Shown here piece after piece: positions 1-10,208 of a DNA stretch of 64,000 bases (the first letter of the stretch is position 1; each line of letters opens with the position of its first letter). The stretch covers positions 3,456,001-3,520,000 of the forward strand of contig OY761159.2 of NCBI GenBank assembly GCA_963664395.2. The letters are read 5' to 3'. Both the position numbers and the translations under genes were made by a program. The stretch comes from Candidatus Binatia bacterium (GTDB lineage: Bacteria > Desulfobacterota > Binatia > Bin18). The notes below the pieces were generated by a model that was not told the origin of the DNA, made no database searches, and saw only the letters and a program-made list of their open reading frames with translations.

Positions 1-1
1 A

Positions 2-2281
2 GGCGACCTCCCAACGTTCTCCAGAGCCGTAGAGTATGACATCGACACGGCCACCGGCACGGCCGAGTTCCACCGCGAGGTCCGGCTGGACCGCAGGTAC
101 GGCTATGCTCCTTTTACCGGCAGCGTCGACATACTGGAAAACGGGCACTGGCTGATCAACTGGGGCTATCTGCGCTATGCGGATCCCAGCCTGAGCGTGG
201 AGGAATATTCGATAGCCATCAGCGAGGTGGACGCTTCTGGCACCGAGTTGTTGCAAGTCAAAACTTGGGAGTGGGAGGGCACCTCTCGTTACAGCACGTT
301 CCGGGTGTACCGGGAATCCGAGGCCGACGTGGAAATCCCGCTGAATCTCCCGGTGACGCTGACGCTGGAGAGCGAGCGAGCGGCAGAGAGCGCCGGGGAG
401 ATGGTGTTCGAGGTCGAGCTGAGCGTGGCGAGTAGTGAGGAGATAACCGTAGACTATGAGACCGCGAATGGCACGGCGACGGCGGGCCAGGACTACACGG
501 CACAGAGCGGCACGCTGAGGTTCCCGGCGAACAGTACGACCCCACAGGAGATCTGCGTCCCCATCCTCAACGACGCCATGGACGAGGCCGAGGAAGAGAC
601 GTTTACAGTGCGGCTACGCAACGCGACGAACGCGACCTTGGCAGGTGGCGGGACAACCTTGACAGCGACGGGGACGATTACGGACGATGACGAGCCGGTG
701 GTGGCGGTGTCATTCAAAGCGGCACGCTACACGGTGGACGAAGGCAAGGCCGTCGAGGTCACGGTGCGGCTGAGTGCCGACCCGGAACGCCAGGTGGAGA
801 TTCCGTTGACGCGCACGCCTGGGAACAACGTGGAGCCGTCTGACTACTCGGGAGTGCCGGACATGGTCGTGTTCGAGAGCGGCGACCGTGAACGGAGTTT
901 TTCCTTTATTGCTCTGGCCGACCAGGAGGAGGAGGCCGCCGAGACGGTCACCATCGACTTAGGCGTGCCGCTGCCGACCGGGGTGGAGCTGGGCAGTCCC
1001 GCTACGACGGTCGTGATGATTGGGAGGCTGTCCCCACTACCGCCACCACCACCGCCTGGCGGTGGCGGGGAGGACCGCCGTGACCTGCATGGTAACACCC
1101 CCGCCCAAGCGACCCGTGTCCGGCTGGGCAGTTCCGCGCCCTGGGCGTCTTCCACGGACGGGCAGATCAACCCGGCCAGCGAGGTGGATTACTTCACCCT
1201 CATGGTGCCGCAGGCCGGCGTGCTGGTGGTCCAGACCACCGGCTCCACCGCGACCGTGGGCATGGCATGGCAGGCCGGCGTGGAGCTGGGCAGCGCGGAC
1301 AGGGGCGGCGTGCGCCAGAACTTCCGGCTCAGCGTACCGGTGGCAGCCGGGCCGGTGGTGATTGCCGTGGCCGGGCAGGGGAGTCGGACCGGGAGTTATA
1401 CCGTAGAGACCCGCCTGATGGTGGGGTATCTGGAGAACCCCGGGAATACCTCCTTTCAGAGCGGCATCGGCGTGCTGTCGGGCTGGGTGTGTGCGGCCGA
1501 GGAAGTTGAGATCACGCTCGGGGCGTTGACCCCGCAGATGGCCGCCTACGGCACCGAGCGACTGGACACGGCCAGCAAGTGTGGGGATACGGACACCGGG
1601 TTTGGGTTGCCGTTCAACTGGAACCTGCTGGGCGACGGGGCACATGAAGTGGTCGCCCTGGTCGATGGTGTGGAATTGGACCGGGCCACCGTGACGGTGA
1701 CGACGCTAGGGCAGGAGTTTCTGCGCGGTGTTGAAGGCACGTGTACGGTGTCCGACTTTCCGAGCCTGGGCAAGACGGTCACCCTCCTGTGGCAAGAGGC
1801 GAGGCAGAACTTCGCCATTGCGGACGGCGCAGCCCCGAGTGGGGAGACTCGTTCCGGGGCGGCGGACGTGGGGTATCTGGAGAATCCGAGCCCGAACTCG
1901 TTCCAGAGTGGGGTAGGGGTGCTCTCCGGCTGGGTGTGTGAGGCCGAGGAAGTGGAGATCATGCTGGGGGACTTAGCCCCGCAGATGGCGGCCTACGGCA
2001 CCGAGCGGCTGGACACGGCCAGCGAGTGTGGGGATACGGACAATGGGTTTGGCTTATTATTCAACTGGAACCTGCTGGGCGCCGGGGAGTATGTCGTGGT
2101 GGCCCGGGTGGATGGGGAAGAACTGGGCCGGACCACCGTGCGGGTGACGACCCTGGGGGCGGAGTTTCTGCGCGGAGTTGCGGGGGAATGTACGGTCGCA
2201 GACTTCCCCATGACAGGCGAGACGGTCACGCTGGAGTGGCAACAGAACAGTCAGAACTTTGTGATTACGGATTTCGAGTGA
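2..2281 (+). CDS. Large secreted/surface protein, 5'-partial: C-terminal part of an arylsulfotransferase (ASST)-like domain, two Calx-beta domains, Pro/Gly linker, PPC-like domain and a duplicated Cys-containing C-terminal domain
   Basis: The frame is open from base 2 (GDLPTFSRAVEYDID...GSVDILENGHWLINWG...STFRVYR, ASST-like motifs). Calx-beta motifs TVDYETANGTATAGQDY and ILNDAMDEAEEETFTVRL. Two copies of GYLENP..SFQSG.GVLSGWVC. Confidence 0.75.
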   Translation, partial: GDLPTFSRAVEYDIDTATGTAEFHREVRLDRRYGYAPFTGSVDILENGHWLINWGYLRYADPSLSVEEYSIAISEVDASGTELLQVKTWEWEGTSRYSTFRVYRESEADVEIPLNLPVTLTLESERAAESAGEMVFEVELSVASSEEITVDYETANGTATAGQDYTAQSGTLRFPANSTTPQEICVPILNDAMDEAEEETFTVRLRNATNATLAGGGTTLTATGTITDDDEPVVAVSFKAARYTVDEGKAVEVTVRLSADPERQVEIPLTRTPGNNVEPSDYSGVPDMVVFESGDRERSFSFIALADQEEEAAETVTIDLGVPLPTGVELGSPATTVVMIGRLSPLPPPPPPGGGGEDRRDLHGNTPAQATRVRLGSSAPWASSTDGQINPASEVDYFTLMVPQAGVLVVQTTGSTATVGMAWQAGVELGSADRGGVRQNFRLSVPVAAGPVVIAVAGQGSRTGSYTVETRLMVGYLENPGNTSFQSGIGVLSGWVCAAEEVEITLGALTPQMAAYGTERLDTASKCGDTDTGFGLPFNWNLLGDGAHEVVALVDGVELDRATVTVTTLGQEFLRGVEGTCTVSDFPSLGKTVTLLWQEARQNFAIADGAAPSGETRSGAADVGYLENPSPNSFQSGVGVLSGWVCEAEEVEIMLGDLAPQMAAYGTERLDTASECGDTDNGFGLLFNWNLLGAGEYVVVARVDGEELGRTTVRVTTLGAEFLRGVAGECTVADFPMTGETVTLEWQQNSQNFVITDFE
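1421..2272 (+). repeat. Intragenic tandem duplication of a ~135-aa domain (copies start at 1421 and 1868)
   Basis: GTGGGGTATCTGGAGAA at 1421 and 1868 (447 nt apart); the translations that follow are near-identical. Confidence 0.9.
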
Positions 2282-2322
2282 GTGGGACAACAGCGGGGCT
2301 GATGCGGGCTGCGTACGCAAGC

Positions 2323-3273
2323 CTAATGCAACACCCGCACTGGCGCACCCTGCAAAAAGGCCTGAATATCCTCCACTGTCTCGTCAAAGAAGACTTGATA
2401 CGTCTCCTGCGTCACATAGCCGATATGGGGCGTGATAACGGTGTTTGCCGTGCGTCGTAGCGGATGGTCCAGCGGCAATGGCTCCTCGTCAAACACATCC
2501 AAGCCTGCCCCTGCAATCGTTCCATCATGGAGGGCCGCGATAAGCGCTGCCTCGTCGACAATCGGTCCCCGTGAGGTGTTAATCAAATAAGCTGTGGGTT
2601 TCATCCGGTTGAGTTCCTGGTGTCCGATGAGACCACGCGAACGGGCGCTCAGGACCAGGTGAATCGAAAGAATGTCGGCGCGGGCCAGGAGTTCGTCTTT
2701 ACTTACTAAGGTCGCGCCGCACTCAGCCGCGCGTTCCGCGGTCAGATTTTGACTCCAGGCAATGACGTCCATCTGAAAGGCGTTGCCGACTCTTGCCACC
2801 TCTGACCCCAACCGTCCCAACCCCATCAGCCCGAGCGTTTTGCCATTCAGGCCCTGCCCTATACTGACCTGCCAGCTCCCCGCTTGGGTGGCGTGATCTT
2901 CGTCCGGAATATGCCGCAGGAGCGATAAAATCAGACCCCAGGTGAGTTCGGCGGTCGGATACAGGAGACCTCCGGTTCCGCACACCAGGACGTTACAGTC
3001 TGCGGCGGCCTGCATATCGATGGCGGCGTTGCGCATGCCCGTTGTGGTCAGCAATTGCAACCGTGACAACTGCTCCAGCAGCGTACGCGGGAAGGGCGTC
3101 CGTTCCCGCATCGCCATGACGATGTCGAAGTCCTTGAGCCGCTTGGCCACGGCGGTCTGGTCGGTGAGGTGATCGCGGAACACCGCGACCTCAACGTCCG
3201 CCGGCAGCACGCTCCAGTCGGTCATCTTTCGAGCAACGTCCTGATAATCATCCAGAACCGCAACGCGTAGCAT
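2323..3273 (-). CDS. D-isomer-specific 2-hydroxyacid dehydrogenase family protein
   Basis: GLGRLG Rossmann motif; LINTSRGPIVDE, GAGLDVF and TPHIG motifs. Confidence 0.9.
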   Translation of the reverse strand: MLRVAVLDDYQDVARKMTDWSVLPADVEVAVFRDHLTDQTAVAKRLKDFDIVMAMRERTPFPRTLLEQLSRLQLLTTTGMRNAAIDMQAAADCNVLVCGTGGLLYPTAELTWGLILSLLRHIPDEDHATQAGSWQVSIGQGLNGKTLGLMGLGRLGSEVARVGNAFQMDVIAWSQNLTAERAAECGATLVSKDELLARADILSIHLVLSARSRGLIGHQELNRMKPTAYLINTSRGPIVDEAALIAALHDGTIAGAGLDVFDEEPLPLDHPLRRTANTVITPHIGYVTQETYQVFFDETVEDIQAFLQGAPVRVLH

Positions 3274-3294
3274 ACATCTGTCTCCGGGTTGTTC

Positions 3295-4281
3295 TCATTT
3301 CTGAAGTCGAACGAATTTTTGCAGCACATGCCCGTCAAGGGGGATCAAGCCCTGTCTCCCGCCGGCGCTATAGTTCACTTCGCTGACGTACAGGTCACCG
3401 CGTGAGTCGGCCCAGATGCCGTGCGGCGCATAGAAATTGCCCGGCTCCAGGCCATGCCCGCCAAAGCGGTGTTGGACCTCCCCATCCAGCGTGAGCACGG
3501 TCACACACGCGGGGGGTTCGTGCGGCGGCACCGCGGCTCCCATATTATTCGGCATAGACGCGACTTTGAAACCCAGCTCGGCGACAAAGAGATTCTCGTC
3601 CGCGTCGATATACAGATCGTCCGGCCGATTCACATGCGTCCACTCGGTGACGTAGTCGCCCTCAGCGCTAAAAAGCTGAATGCGCGAGTTCTCCCGGTCG
3701 GCGACATACACCCGTCCGCGCCGGTCAACGGCAATCGCGTGGGGTATTTTGAATTGTCCGGGGCCACTGCCGGGCTCCCCCCAGGAGAACTGAAGTTCCC
3801 CCGCGGCCGAGAATTTATGCACCCGCGCGTTGCCATAGCCATCGGCGATATACATATCGCCTTGGGGTGAGAGGGCGACATTCGTGACCATATTGAACGG
3901 CCCGGCGGATTGTTGGACCGGCGTGGTCCAGGCCTCAAAGCCGGTCTCCGCGGGCTTGTCTTTCTCACCCAGCGTTTTGATGAGGGCGCCGTCCGGGGTG
4001 AAGAGACGGACCGTATGGTCGAAGTTGTCGGCACAATAGATGGTGTCATCAGGGCCAATAAAGATGCCGTGGGCGTTGGTAAAGATATCTTCCCCCCAGG
4101 CGTTCAGAAAATTGCCGTCCCGATCAAAAACGATCATGGGATGCGCGCCCCGGTTAAAGGCATACACCCGGTCCTGCGAGTCGGTCGCGACCCCGGCAAC
4201 CTCAACAAACGACCAGCCTTCGGGCAGTTGTTCCCAGCCTTCGATGACCTCGTATTCGACCTTATTCTGTCCCAGTGCCAT
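3295..4281 (-). CDS. NHL-repeat beta-propeller (peptidyl-alpha-hydroxyglycine alpha-amidating lyase-like)
   Basis: NHL repeats GQFKIPHAIAVD, YVADRENSRIQLF and YIADGYGNARVHKF. Confidence 0.85.
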   Translation of the reverse strand: MALGQNKVEYEVIEGWEQLPEGWSFVEVAGVATDSQDRVYAFNRGAHPMIVFDRDGNFLNAWGEDIFTNAHGIFIGPDDTIYCADNFDHTVRLFTPDGALIKTLGEKDKPAETGFEAWTTPVQQSAGPFNMVTNVALSPQGDMYIADGYGNARVHKFSAAGELQFSWGEPGSGPGQFKIPHAIAVDRRGRVYVADRENSRIQLFSAEGDYVTEWTHVNRPDDLYIDADENLFVAELGFKVASMPNNMGAAVPPHEPPACVTVLTLDGEVQHRFGGHGLEPGNFYAPHGIWADSRGDLYVSEVNYSAGGRQGLIPLDGHVLQKFVRLQK

Positions 4282-4291
4282 AGGTCCTCCT

Positions 4292-4738
4292 TTACGCCAC
4301 CCGCTGATCGAGTTGCAGCACGATACCGTCGGGGTCTTTGAAGAGTGTGGTCAGAACCTGTCCGCCCGACTCTTCGCCATAGGCCACGCTATCAAAGGTT
4401 GTGGGCGGCATAACGATAGGCACCCCGGCGGCCCGAACTTTTTTAAATGTGGCTTCGAGGTCGTCCACCCAAAAAGCAAAATGGTGAATGCCGACCTGAT
4501 TGAGGCTGAGCGCCCCACCGGAAACCGGTTGGTTCTCCGACAGGACGATAAAAGTGGCATCCGGTCCCTCGTCCCAACGCAGGTATACCCCGTGGCGCGG
4601 CTTGGGCAAGGCCCCGCCCGGATTCTCGAGCGGATCGTCCAGGCTGACCCGCAGCCCCAAGATGTCACGATAAAATGTGAGCGATTGCTCCATATTGCTG
4701 ACCCCAATGGCAATATGTGAGGTGTTGCGAATTTTCAT
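4292..4738 (-). CDS. VOC/glyoxalase family protein
   Basis: HIAIGVSNMEQSLTFYRDILG, HHFAFWVDDL and FKDPDG; AGGAGG RBS before ATG 4738. Confidence 0.85.
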   Translation of the reverse strand: MKIRNTSHIAIGVSNMEQSLTFYRDILGLRVSLDDPLENPGGALPKPRHGVYLRWDEGPDATFIVLSENQPVSGGALSLNQVGIHHFAFWVDDLEATFKKVRAAGVPIVMPPTTFDSVAYGEESGGQVLTTLFKDPDGIVLQLDQRVA

Positions 4739-4769
4739 CTTCCGCCTCCTTTTGCTCTCCGCTCGGCCC

Positions 4770-5549
4770 TTATGTACCTGACCAGCGTGGAGCGCGTTTT
4801 TCACGAAAGGCGCGCAAGCCTTCCTGCTGGTCTGCCGATAAAAAGCACTCGGTCGCCGCTTCATTCTCGCCCATGATCGCCGTCTCAATGTCAACGTCGC
4901 GGTTACGGGCAAAGCACTGTTTGACCTGGGAGACGGCAATCGGTCCACGGCTGACGAGGGTATCGACCAGGGTGTTGACACGCTCGTCGAGGGCGTCCGG
5001 TTTCACGCAGGCGGTGAGCAGGCCAATCCGCTCGGCCTCGGTAGCCTCGATAATATCCCCCGTCATACCGAGTTCTTTGGCCTTGGTCTCACCAATCAGG
5101 CGGGGCAGAATATACGTAGCGCCGTTGGTCATGGGTTGGTTGATATTGACCTCGGCCGACCCGATGCGAGCGGTGCTTGCGGCAATGCGGAAATCGCACA
5201 CCAGCGTCAGCTCGAAGCCCGCGCCAACAACCACGCCGTTAATGGCTGCGATGGTGGGCTTGGGCAGGGTGCGGATCAACGACCAAGTCGCCGCCAGCTC
5301 GTGCAGAAACGTCCGGAAGTCATCCAGACTTGTGTGCTCCATGACGCTGATGTCAGCGCCGGCGCAGAATCCCCGACCCGCCCCGGTGAAGACGACGGCC
5401 CGCACCTGTGTATCCTCTTGCGCGTCGCGACAGGCGTGCTTGAGACTGCGAACCAGCGTGGGCGAGAGGGCATTCAGCACGGTCGGGCGATTGAGGGTGA
5501 TCCAGGCCGCCTGGCCACGTTTTTCATACAGTATATCTTGCAGCTCCAT
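4770..5549 (-). CDS. Enoyl-CoA hydratase/isomerase family protein
   Basis: FCAGADI, AAINGVVVGAGFEL and C-terminal EGLRAFREKR. Confidence 0.9.
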   Translation of the reverse strand: MELQDILYEKRGQAAWITLNRPTVLNALSPTLVRSLKHACRDAQEDTQVRAVVFTGAGRGFCAGADISVMEHTSLDDFRTFLHELAATWSLIRTLPKPTIAAINGVVVGAGFELTLVCDFRIAASTARIGSAEVNINQPMTNGATYILPRLIGETKAKELGMTGDIIEATEAERIGLLTACVKPDALDERVNTLVDTLVSRGPIAVSQVKQCFARNRDVDIETAIMGENEAATECFLSADQQEGLRAFREKRAPRWSGT

Positions 5550-5615
5550 GGTGTTCCCTCCTGTCTGCAAGAGAACATGACATGGGGGGCTACAAATTAC
5601 CAGGCTCAGATCCCG

Positions 5616-7088
5616 TCAGGCGGAATGGACTTCCGCCTGACGGATGAGCTGGACCTTGCGTTCGTACAGGCTTTCCTCAAGCCCGACCGGATACTGTCCG
5701 GGCCGGTTCAAGCGGGTGATCTCGCCGGGAAGTTTGGCGAGCTGCTCCTGGGTACGCTGTCGGATGTGGGTCAGGGACGGACTGTCGTAGACGACTCTGC
5801 CCTGACGGAATACCGGAGCCAATAAGTCGGAAAAAGCCGTGTCCGCCGGAATCCTGCGGCGTGTGGTCGTATCCGTCATATCGACCATGGTGCAGCCATC
5901 TGTGAGGTCGGCCTCTTTGCCGTACATCACGTCGCACAGAAATCCTTTTTGCGTATGGTAACGGCGGACCTGGGGAATATCCGGATTGGTCACTTTCACC
6001 GTCTCTTCCGAAAGCTTGATCCGATCCTGCCAAGCGCCATCGGGAGCGCGGATCGCGGTCAGCTTATACACCCCGCCCAGGGCGGGCTGATCGTACGCGG
6101 TCACGAGTTTCGTCCCCACCCCCCATACGTCAATCGTGCTGCCCTGCGCCTTGAGCTGGGTGATCAGGTGTTCGTCCAGATCGCTGCTGCCGACAATGCG
6201 CGCGTTGGGAAAGCCGGTGTCGTCCAGTATTTTTCGGGCTTCGATGCTCAGTTGGGCCAGGTCCCCCGAATCGAGCCGGATGCCGATCATTTCATGGCCG
6301 TGTGCCCGCAGCCATTGCCCCACCTGGGCGGCTTTCCGTACACCTTCCACGGTGTTGTAGGTGTCCACGAGGAAGATGCAGTTATTGGGCATGGCCTCGG
6401 CATAGGTCTGAAACGCTTCCAGATCGTCATCAAAGACCATCACCCAGCTATGCGCGTGCGTTCCTCTGACCGGAATCCCGAACAGCTTGCCGGCCAGCAC
6501 ATTCGAGGTGGCGTCGCAGCCGCCAATATACGCGGCCCGGCTGGCGGCCAGACCGCCGTCGATTCCCTGCGCGCGGCGCAGGCCGAACTCCAGGACGGGT
6601 TCTCCGCCTGTCGCCAGGCAGATCCGAGCGGCTTTGGTCGCGACCAGCGTTTGGAAGTTGATCAGATTGAGCAGCGCCGTCTCGATGAGCTGACACTGAA
6701 TAAGCGGCCCTTGGACGCGGACCAACGGCTCGGGCGGGAAGACAAGCGTGCCTTCCGGGATCGCATCGACCTGGCAGCTGAAGGCCATGGACTGCAAAGA
6801 GTCAAGAAATGCCGGGTCGAACAGGGGTTTGCCATCCGTGCCACGCACCTCGGTCAGAAAGGCGGTGTCGTCCGCCTCGAACCGAAAATGGCTCAGAAAA
6901 TCCACCACATACTCAAGGCCGCAGGCGATGCTGAAGCTGCCCCCAAAAGGATTGTGACGGAAGAACAGGTTGAAGACGGCTTCCCTGTCTGCGAGTCCGG
7001 ACTTCCAATAGCCATACGCCATGGTGAGCTGGTAGAGATCGGTCAGCAGAGCCAGGGAGGGCCGGTACAGCCCGGACGGAATTTTCAT
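5616..7088 (-). CDS. pncB: Nicotinate phosphoribosyltransferase
   Basis: [34 protein letters not shown] and GGVYKL. Confidence 0.92.
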   Translation of the reverse strand: MKIPSGLYRPSLALLTDLYQLTMAYGYWKSGLADREAVFNLFFRHNPFGGSFSIACGLEYVVDFLSHFRFEADDTAFLTEVRGTDGKPLFDPAFLDSLQSMAFSCQVDAIPEGTLVFPPEPLVRVQGPLIQCQLIETALLNLINFQTLVATKAARICLATGGEPVLEFGLRRAQGIDGGLAASRAAYIGGCDATSNVLAGKLFGIPVRGTHAHSWVMVFDDDLEAFQTYAEAMPNNCIFLVDTYNTVEGVRKAAQVGQWLRAHGHEMIGIRLDSGDLAQLSIEARKILDDTGFPNARIVGSSDLDEHLITQLKAQGSTIDVWGVGTKLVTAYDQPALGGVYKLTAIRAPDGAWQDRIKLSEETVKVTNPDIPQVRRYHTQKGFLCDVMYGKEADLTDGCTMVDMTDTTTRRRIPADTAFSDLLAPVFRQGRVVYDSPSLTHIRQRTQEQLAKLPGEITRLNRPGQYPVGLEESLYERKVQLIRQAEVHSA

Positions 7089-7135
7089 GATCGTGCAGCC
7101 ATCATCTAGCCGTCATTCTGGAAACGCGGCCTGTT

Positions 7136-7163
7136 TTTGCGGGCTGGAAGCCCGCACTCCCAG
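7136..7163. repeat. REP-like palindromic repeat, copy 1
   Basis: TTTGCGGGCTGGAAGCCCGCACTCCCAG; exact reverse complement at 10074-10101; internal hairpin GCGGGCT/AGCCCGC. Confidence 0.8.
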
Positions 7164-7199
7164 ACAGGAACCCCACACGGCGGACACACAGGTCGGTCC

Positions 7200-8789
7200 C
7201 TACATCTCAAGATTGGCCTCAATGAGCAGCGGCCCCGGATTTTTGAGGGCCGAGTGGAGTGCATCGTTGAGTTCTTCCGTGGTGTGCACCGCGCGCCCTT
7301 CCACGCCAAAGCCTTCGGATAATTTTACAAAGTCGAACTCAGGAGAATCGAGCGCCGTCAGCGACAGGCTGGCAGCCCCCGGTGTCATCTTGGCCCGTTC
7401 AAACTCCCAGCGCAGGATGGAATAGGCTTTGTTCTTACAAATAATACTGGTCACATTCTGTTTCTCGCGCGCCATGGTCCACAAGGACTGGATGGTATAC
7501 AGCGAAGAGCCGTCGCCTTCGAGGCAGATCGTCGGACGGTCCGGTTCGGCGGCCGCGGCGCCTACCGCACACGGCAGACCTTGGCCGATAGAACCACCAG
7601 TGAGCGCCATATACGTAAACGGCGGGGCGCCGCCGGCCAGGCCATGATAGGCAAACCCCGCGGTTGCGCCTTCATCCATGACGATGGCCCCCTCGGGCTG
7701 GGCCGCAGCCAGGGCTTTGCACATATTCGCGGGAGTTAAGGGGCCGCGTGGTACTTCCGGGCGGGGCAGGGCCGGAGCCTGCCGAACCGCGGGCGCATCG
7801 AGCGCATCCGCCACAGCCGTGAGTGCGGTCGCGGGGTCGATGTTGGCACTGCATAGCTGCATGATCTGCGCGTCCTCCGCGCACAAACTGCTGCGTGTAT
7901 TTGGATAGCCGAAAAACGCGACCGGTTCGTGCGCGCCGGCCAGAACGACTTTTTTATACGGCTCCAGGAGCTGACTGGCCGGCTCGGGTGCGTAGGGGAT
8001 TTTATCTGGAGAGATCAAGCCGATGCCCCGGTCCTGAATGGGAGGGAACGTCGGTGTGAGGACGCGACAGCCAGTGGCTCGCTCAATACGGTCTGCGGCT
8101 TGGAGACCCGAGGCGCGCAGGGCGCTTCCGCTCAGCACGAGCGCGGCCCGGCCCGAACGCAGCGCCTTTGTCGCGCGTTCAATCTCGTACACATTCGGCG
8201 GCGCGGGCGGGGGAATCGTTGGCCGCGCTGGTTTGGGCCGTCCTGGCTTGGCACTGACGGTTGCCCATTGTACATCGCCCGGCAGGATCAACGTGGTGGG
8301 GCCGGTTGGCAGTTGGGCCGCGCGGGTAATGACGTCAGCCATATCCCGCCCGACCATGTCCGGGCTTTTTGCGGTCAGGACAAACTGCGACATGGGCTGG
8401 GCCAGGGTTTCAATGTCGGCGGTCAGCGGCGCGTTTGCGGCAACATGCCACGTAGCATGTTCGCCCACGATGGAGACTACGGGCGAGTGGGCTTTACGGG
8501 CGTTATGCAAATTGGCCTGTCCGTTGGCCAGCCCTGGGCCCAAATGCAGTAAGGCCAAAGCCGGTCGTCCGGTGACCCGTGCATAGCCGTCAGCCGCCCC
8601 GGTACACACGCCTTCAAACACGGCCAAAATCGGCTTGATGGCCGGGCAGCGATCAAGGGCCTGGACGAGATACAGCTCGGTCGTGCCTGGGTTGGCGAAA
8701 CACACATCAATGCCGGCGGCCGCCGCGGTCTGAATGGCGACGTCTGCGCCGGTGAGGGGTTGTGAGCTTGATTGTGTCTCCATTGTCAT
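7200..8789 (-). CDS. Thiamine-pyrophosphate enzyme, acetolactate synthase large-subunit-like
   Basis: FANPGTTE, EGVCTGAADGYAR, LHLGPG and TPP-binding motif GDGSSLY. Start inferred at MTMETQ. Confidence 0.85.
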   Translation of the reverse strand: MTMETQSSSQPLTGADVAIQTAAAAGIDVCFANPGTTELYLVQALDRCPAIKPILAVFEGVCTGAADGYARVTGRPALALLHLGPGLANGQANLHNARKAHSPVVSIVGEHATWHVAANAPLTADIETLAQPMSQFVLTAKSPDMVGRDMADVITRAAQLPTGPTTLILPGDVQWATVSAKPGRPKPARPTIPPPAPPNVYEIERATKALRSGRAALVLSGSALRASGLQAADRIERATGCRVLTPTFPPIQDRGIGLISPDKIPYAPEPASQLLEPYKKVVLAGAHEPVAFFGYPNTRSSLCAEDAQIMQLCSANIDPATALTAVADALDAPAVRQAPALPRPEVPRGPLTPANMCKALAAAQPEGAIVMDEGATAGFAYHGLAGGAPPFTYMALTGGSIGQGLPCAVGAAAAEPDRPTICLEGDGSSLYTIQSLWTMAREKQNVTSIICKNKAYSILRWEFERAKMTPGAASLSLTALDSPEFDFVKLSEGFGVEGRAVHTTEELNDALHSALKNPGPLLIEANLEM

Positions 8790-8958
8790 GCCTGCTGCTC
8801 GCTTTCTTTGATCGTCCGAGGTTGTCTGAAATCCTGAAATTGTCCGTGTCATACCACAAAATGCCGGGAGTGTAAGCAAAGGGAGGGAAGAAGAGGGGTG
8901 AGGGGTGAGGGTGGCCACCGAGAGTTGCCTTCTTTGTGCCAGGGCATAGAATGCTGCT

Positions 8959-9228
8959 ATGCCTGAGCTGAGCAGGTTCTTCGGGATCATTATCGGTATG
9001 TATGCTGAATTCGGGGCTCCACATCACGATCCCCATTTCCATGCTTACTATCAAGACGACGTCGCAATCTATGGAATAGAAACGCTTGAGCCGATTGCAG
9101 GCTCCCTCCCGAGACGCCAGCAACGATGAGTGGAAGCGTGGGCCGAATTACACCAAGAAGAGCTGCTGGCTGACTGGCAACGCTTGCAGGAAGGTCGAAA
9201 GCCAAACCCTATTGATCCACTCAAATAA
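8959..9228 (+). pseudogene. DUF4160-family (putative toxin) gene interrupted by an in-frame TGA at 9127-9129
   Basis: Manual translation MPELSRFFGIIIGMY...HHDPHFHAYY...LPRRQQR*VEAWAELHQEELLADW...IDPLK*; lies directly upstream of the DUF2442 gene; not in the ORF track. Confidence 0.8.
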
Positions 9229-9240
9229 AAAGAGGGACAT

Positions 9241-9573
9241 ATGCGGCATTCCATATACAGGGTCAAATCATTTAAGAGATTGGCTCCTTATACGCTCCGT
9301 ATTTGCTTTGACGATGACACTGAACAAACGATTGACTTTCAACCTGTCCTCGCCGGCGAACTGTATGGACCACTACAGGACCCTGTCGCCTTCGAGCAGG
9401 TGAGAATAGACTCGGAAGTGCACACGCTTGTCTGGCCGAACGGCGCAGATTTCGACCCTGCGCTCTTACACGACTGGCCTTTACACCAGGCTGAATTTGT
9501 CGCCCGTGCCCGGCAGTGGGGAGCGACTGGAGAGAAAGAGCGTATTTCAACGAACAATTCTACCCCGATGTAA
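9241..9573 (+). CDS. DUF2442-family protein (putative antitoxin)
   Basis: YTLRICFDD...FEQVRID...TLVWPNGADFDP motif; paired with DUF4160. Confidence 0.8.
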   Translation: MRHSIYRVKSFKRLAPYTLRICFDDDTEQTIDFQPVLAGELYGPLQDPVAFEQVRIDSEVHTLVWPNGADFDPALLHDWPLHQAEFVARARQWGATGEKERISTNNSTPM

Positions 9574-9579
9574 TACTGT

Positions 9580-10062
9580 ATGGCGACTCCTCCACAATCA
9601 GACCACACTGAGCTGAAACTCGCGCGGCTGCGCGATGCGCAGCGTATCGCGCTCATGTCGCGTGATCTGGTTGAGCACGGTTTGCCGTGGGCGTGGACCG
9701 CCCGTCGGGTCGCCGCGCATATTCGTGGGCGCGACAGCAATGTCCTCACCGCCTGGCACGCGGGCAGGCTGGTTGGCTTCGCCATTATGCAGTTTTACGC
9801 CGAGCGGGCCCATCTGAACCTGCTTGCAGTCGAGCCTGCTGCCCGCCGGTTGGGGATAGGGCGGCGTCTGGTTGAGTGGCAAGAGCAGGTGGCCCGCGCC
9901 GGTGGTATCCCGGTCGTCAACCTGGAGGTGCGCGCCAATAACGTTGGAGCCCAAGCATTCTACTGCCGGCTGGGCTACCGCCAAATCAAACATCTGCCCG
10001 GCTATTACAGTGGCCGAGAGGCAGCCAGCCGCATGAGCCACGATTTACGCGGCCGTGTGTAG
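9580..10062 (+). CDS. GNAT N-acetyltransferase (RimI-like)
   Basis: LAVEPAARRLGIG, LEVRANNVGAQAFY and GYY. Confidence 0.8.
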   Translation: MATPPQSDHTELKLARLRDAQRIALMSRDLVEHGLPWAWTARRVAAHIRGRDSNVLTAWHAGRLVGFAIMQFYAERAHLNLLAVEPAARRLGIGRRLVEWQEQVARAGGIPVVNLEVRANNVGAQAFYCRLGYRQIKHLPGYYSGREAASRMSHDLRGRV

Positions 10063-10073
10063 GGGCTGCCTCA

Positions 10074-10101
10074 CTGGGAGTGCGGGCTTCCAGCCCGCAA
10101 A
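10074..10101. repeat. REP-like palindromic repeat, copy 2
   Basis: CTGGGAGTGCGGGCTTCCAGCCCGCAAA, the reverse complement of 7136-7163. Confidence 0.8.
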
Positions 10102-10208
10102 CAAAATGCGGCCAGGATGAGAAGGCTGGCCGCCCTCCAAAGAGAAAAGGCGGCCACCTTCGCAGGCCGAGGGCGACGTCCAAATCAGGCCGGGAGAAGT
10201 GTCCCTGT

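Noticed and set aside
9127-9129. In-frame TGA as selenocysteine or an alternative genetic code
   Set aside because: The position is not a Cys-like site, no SECIS is evident, and TGA terminates many normal genes in this window.
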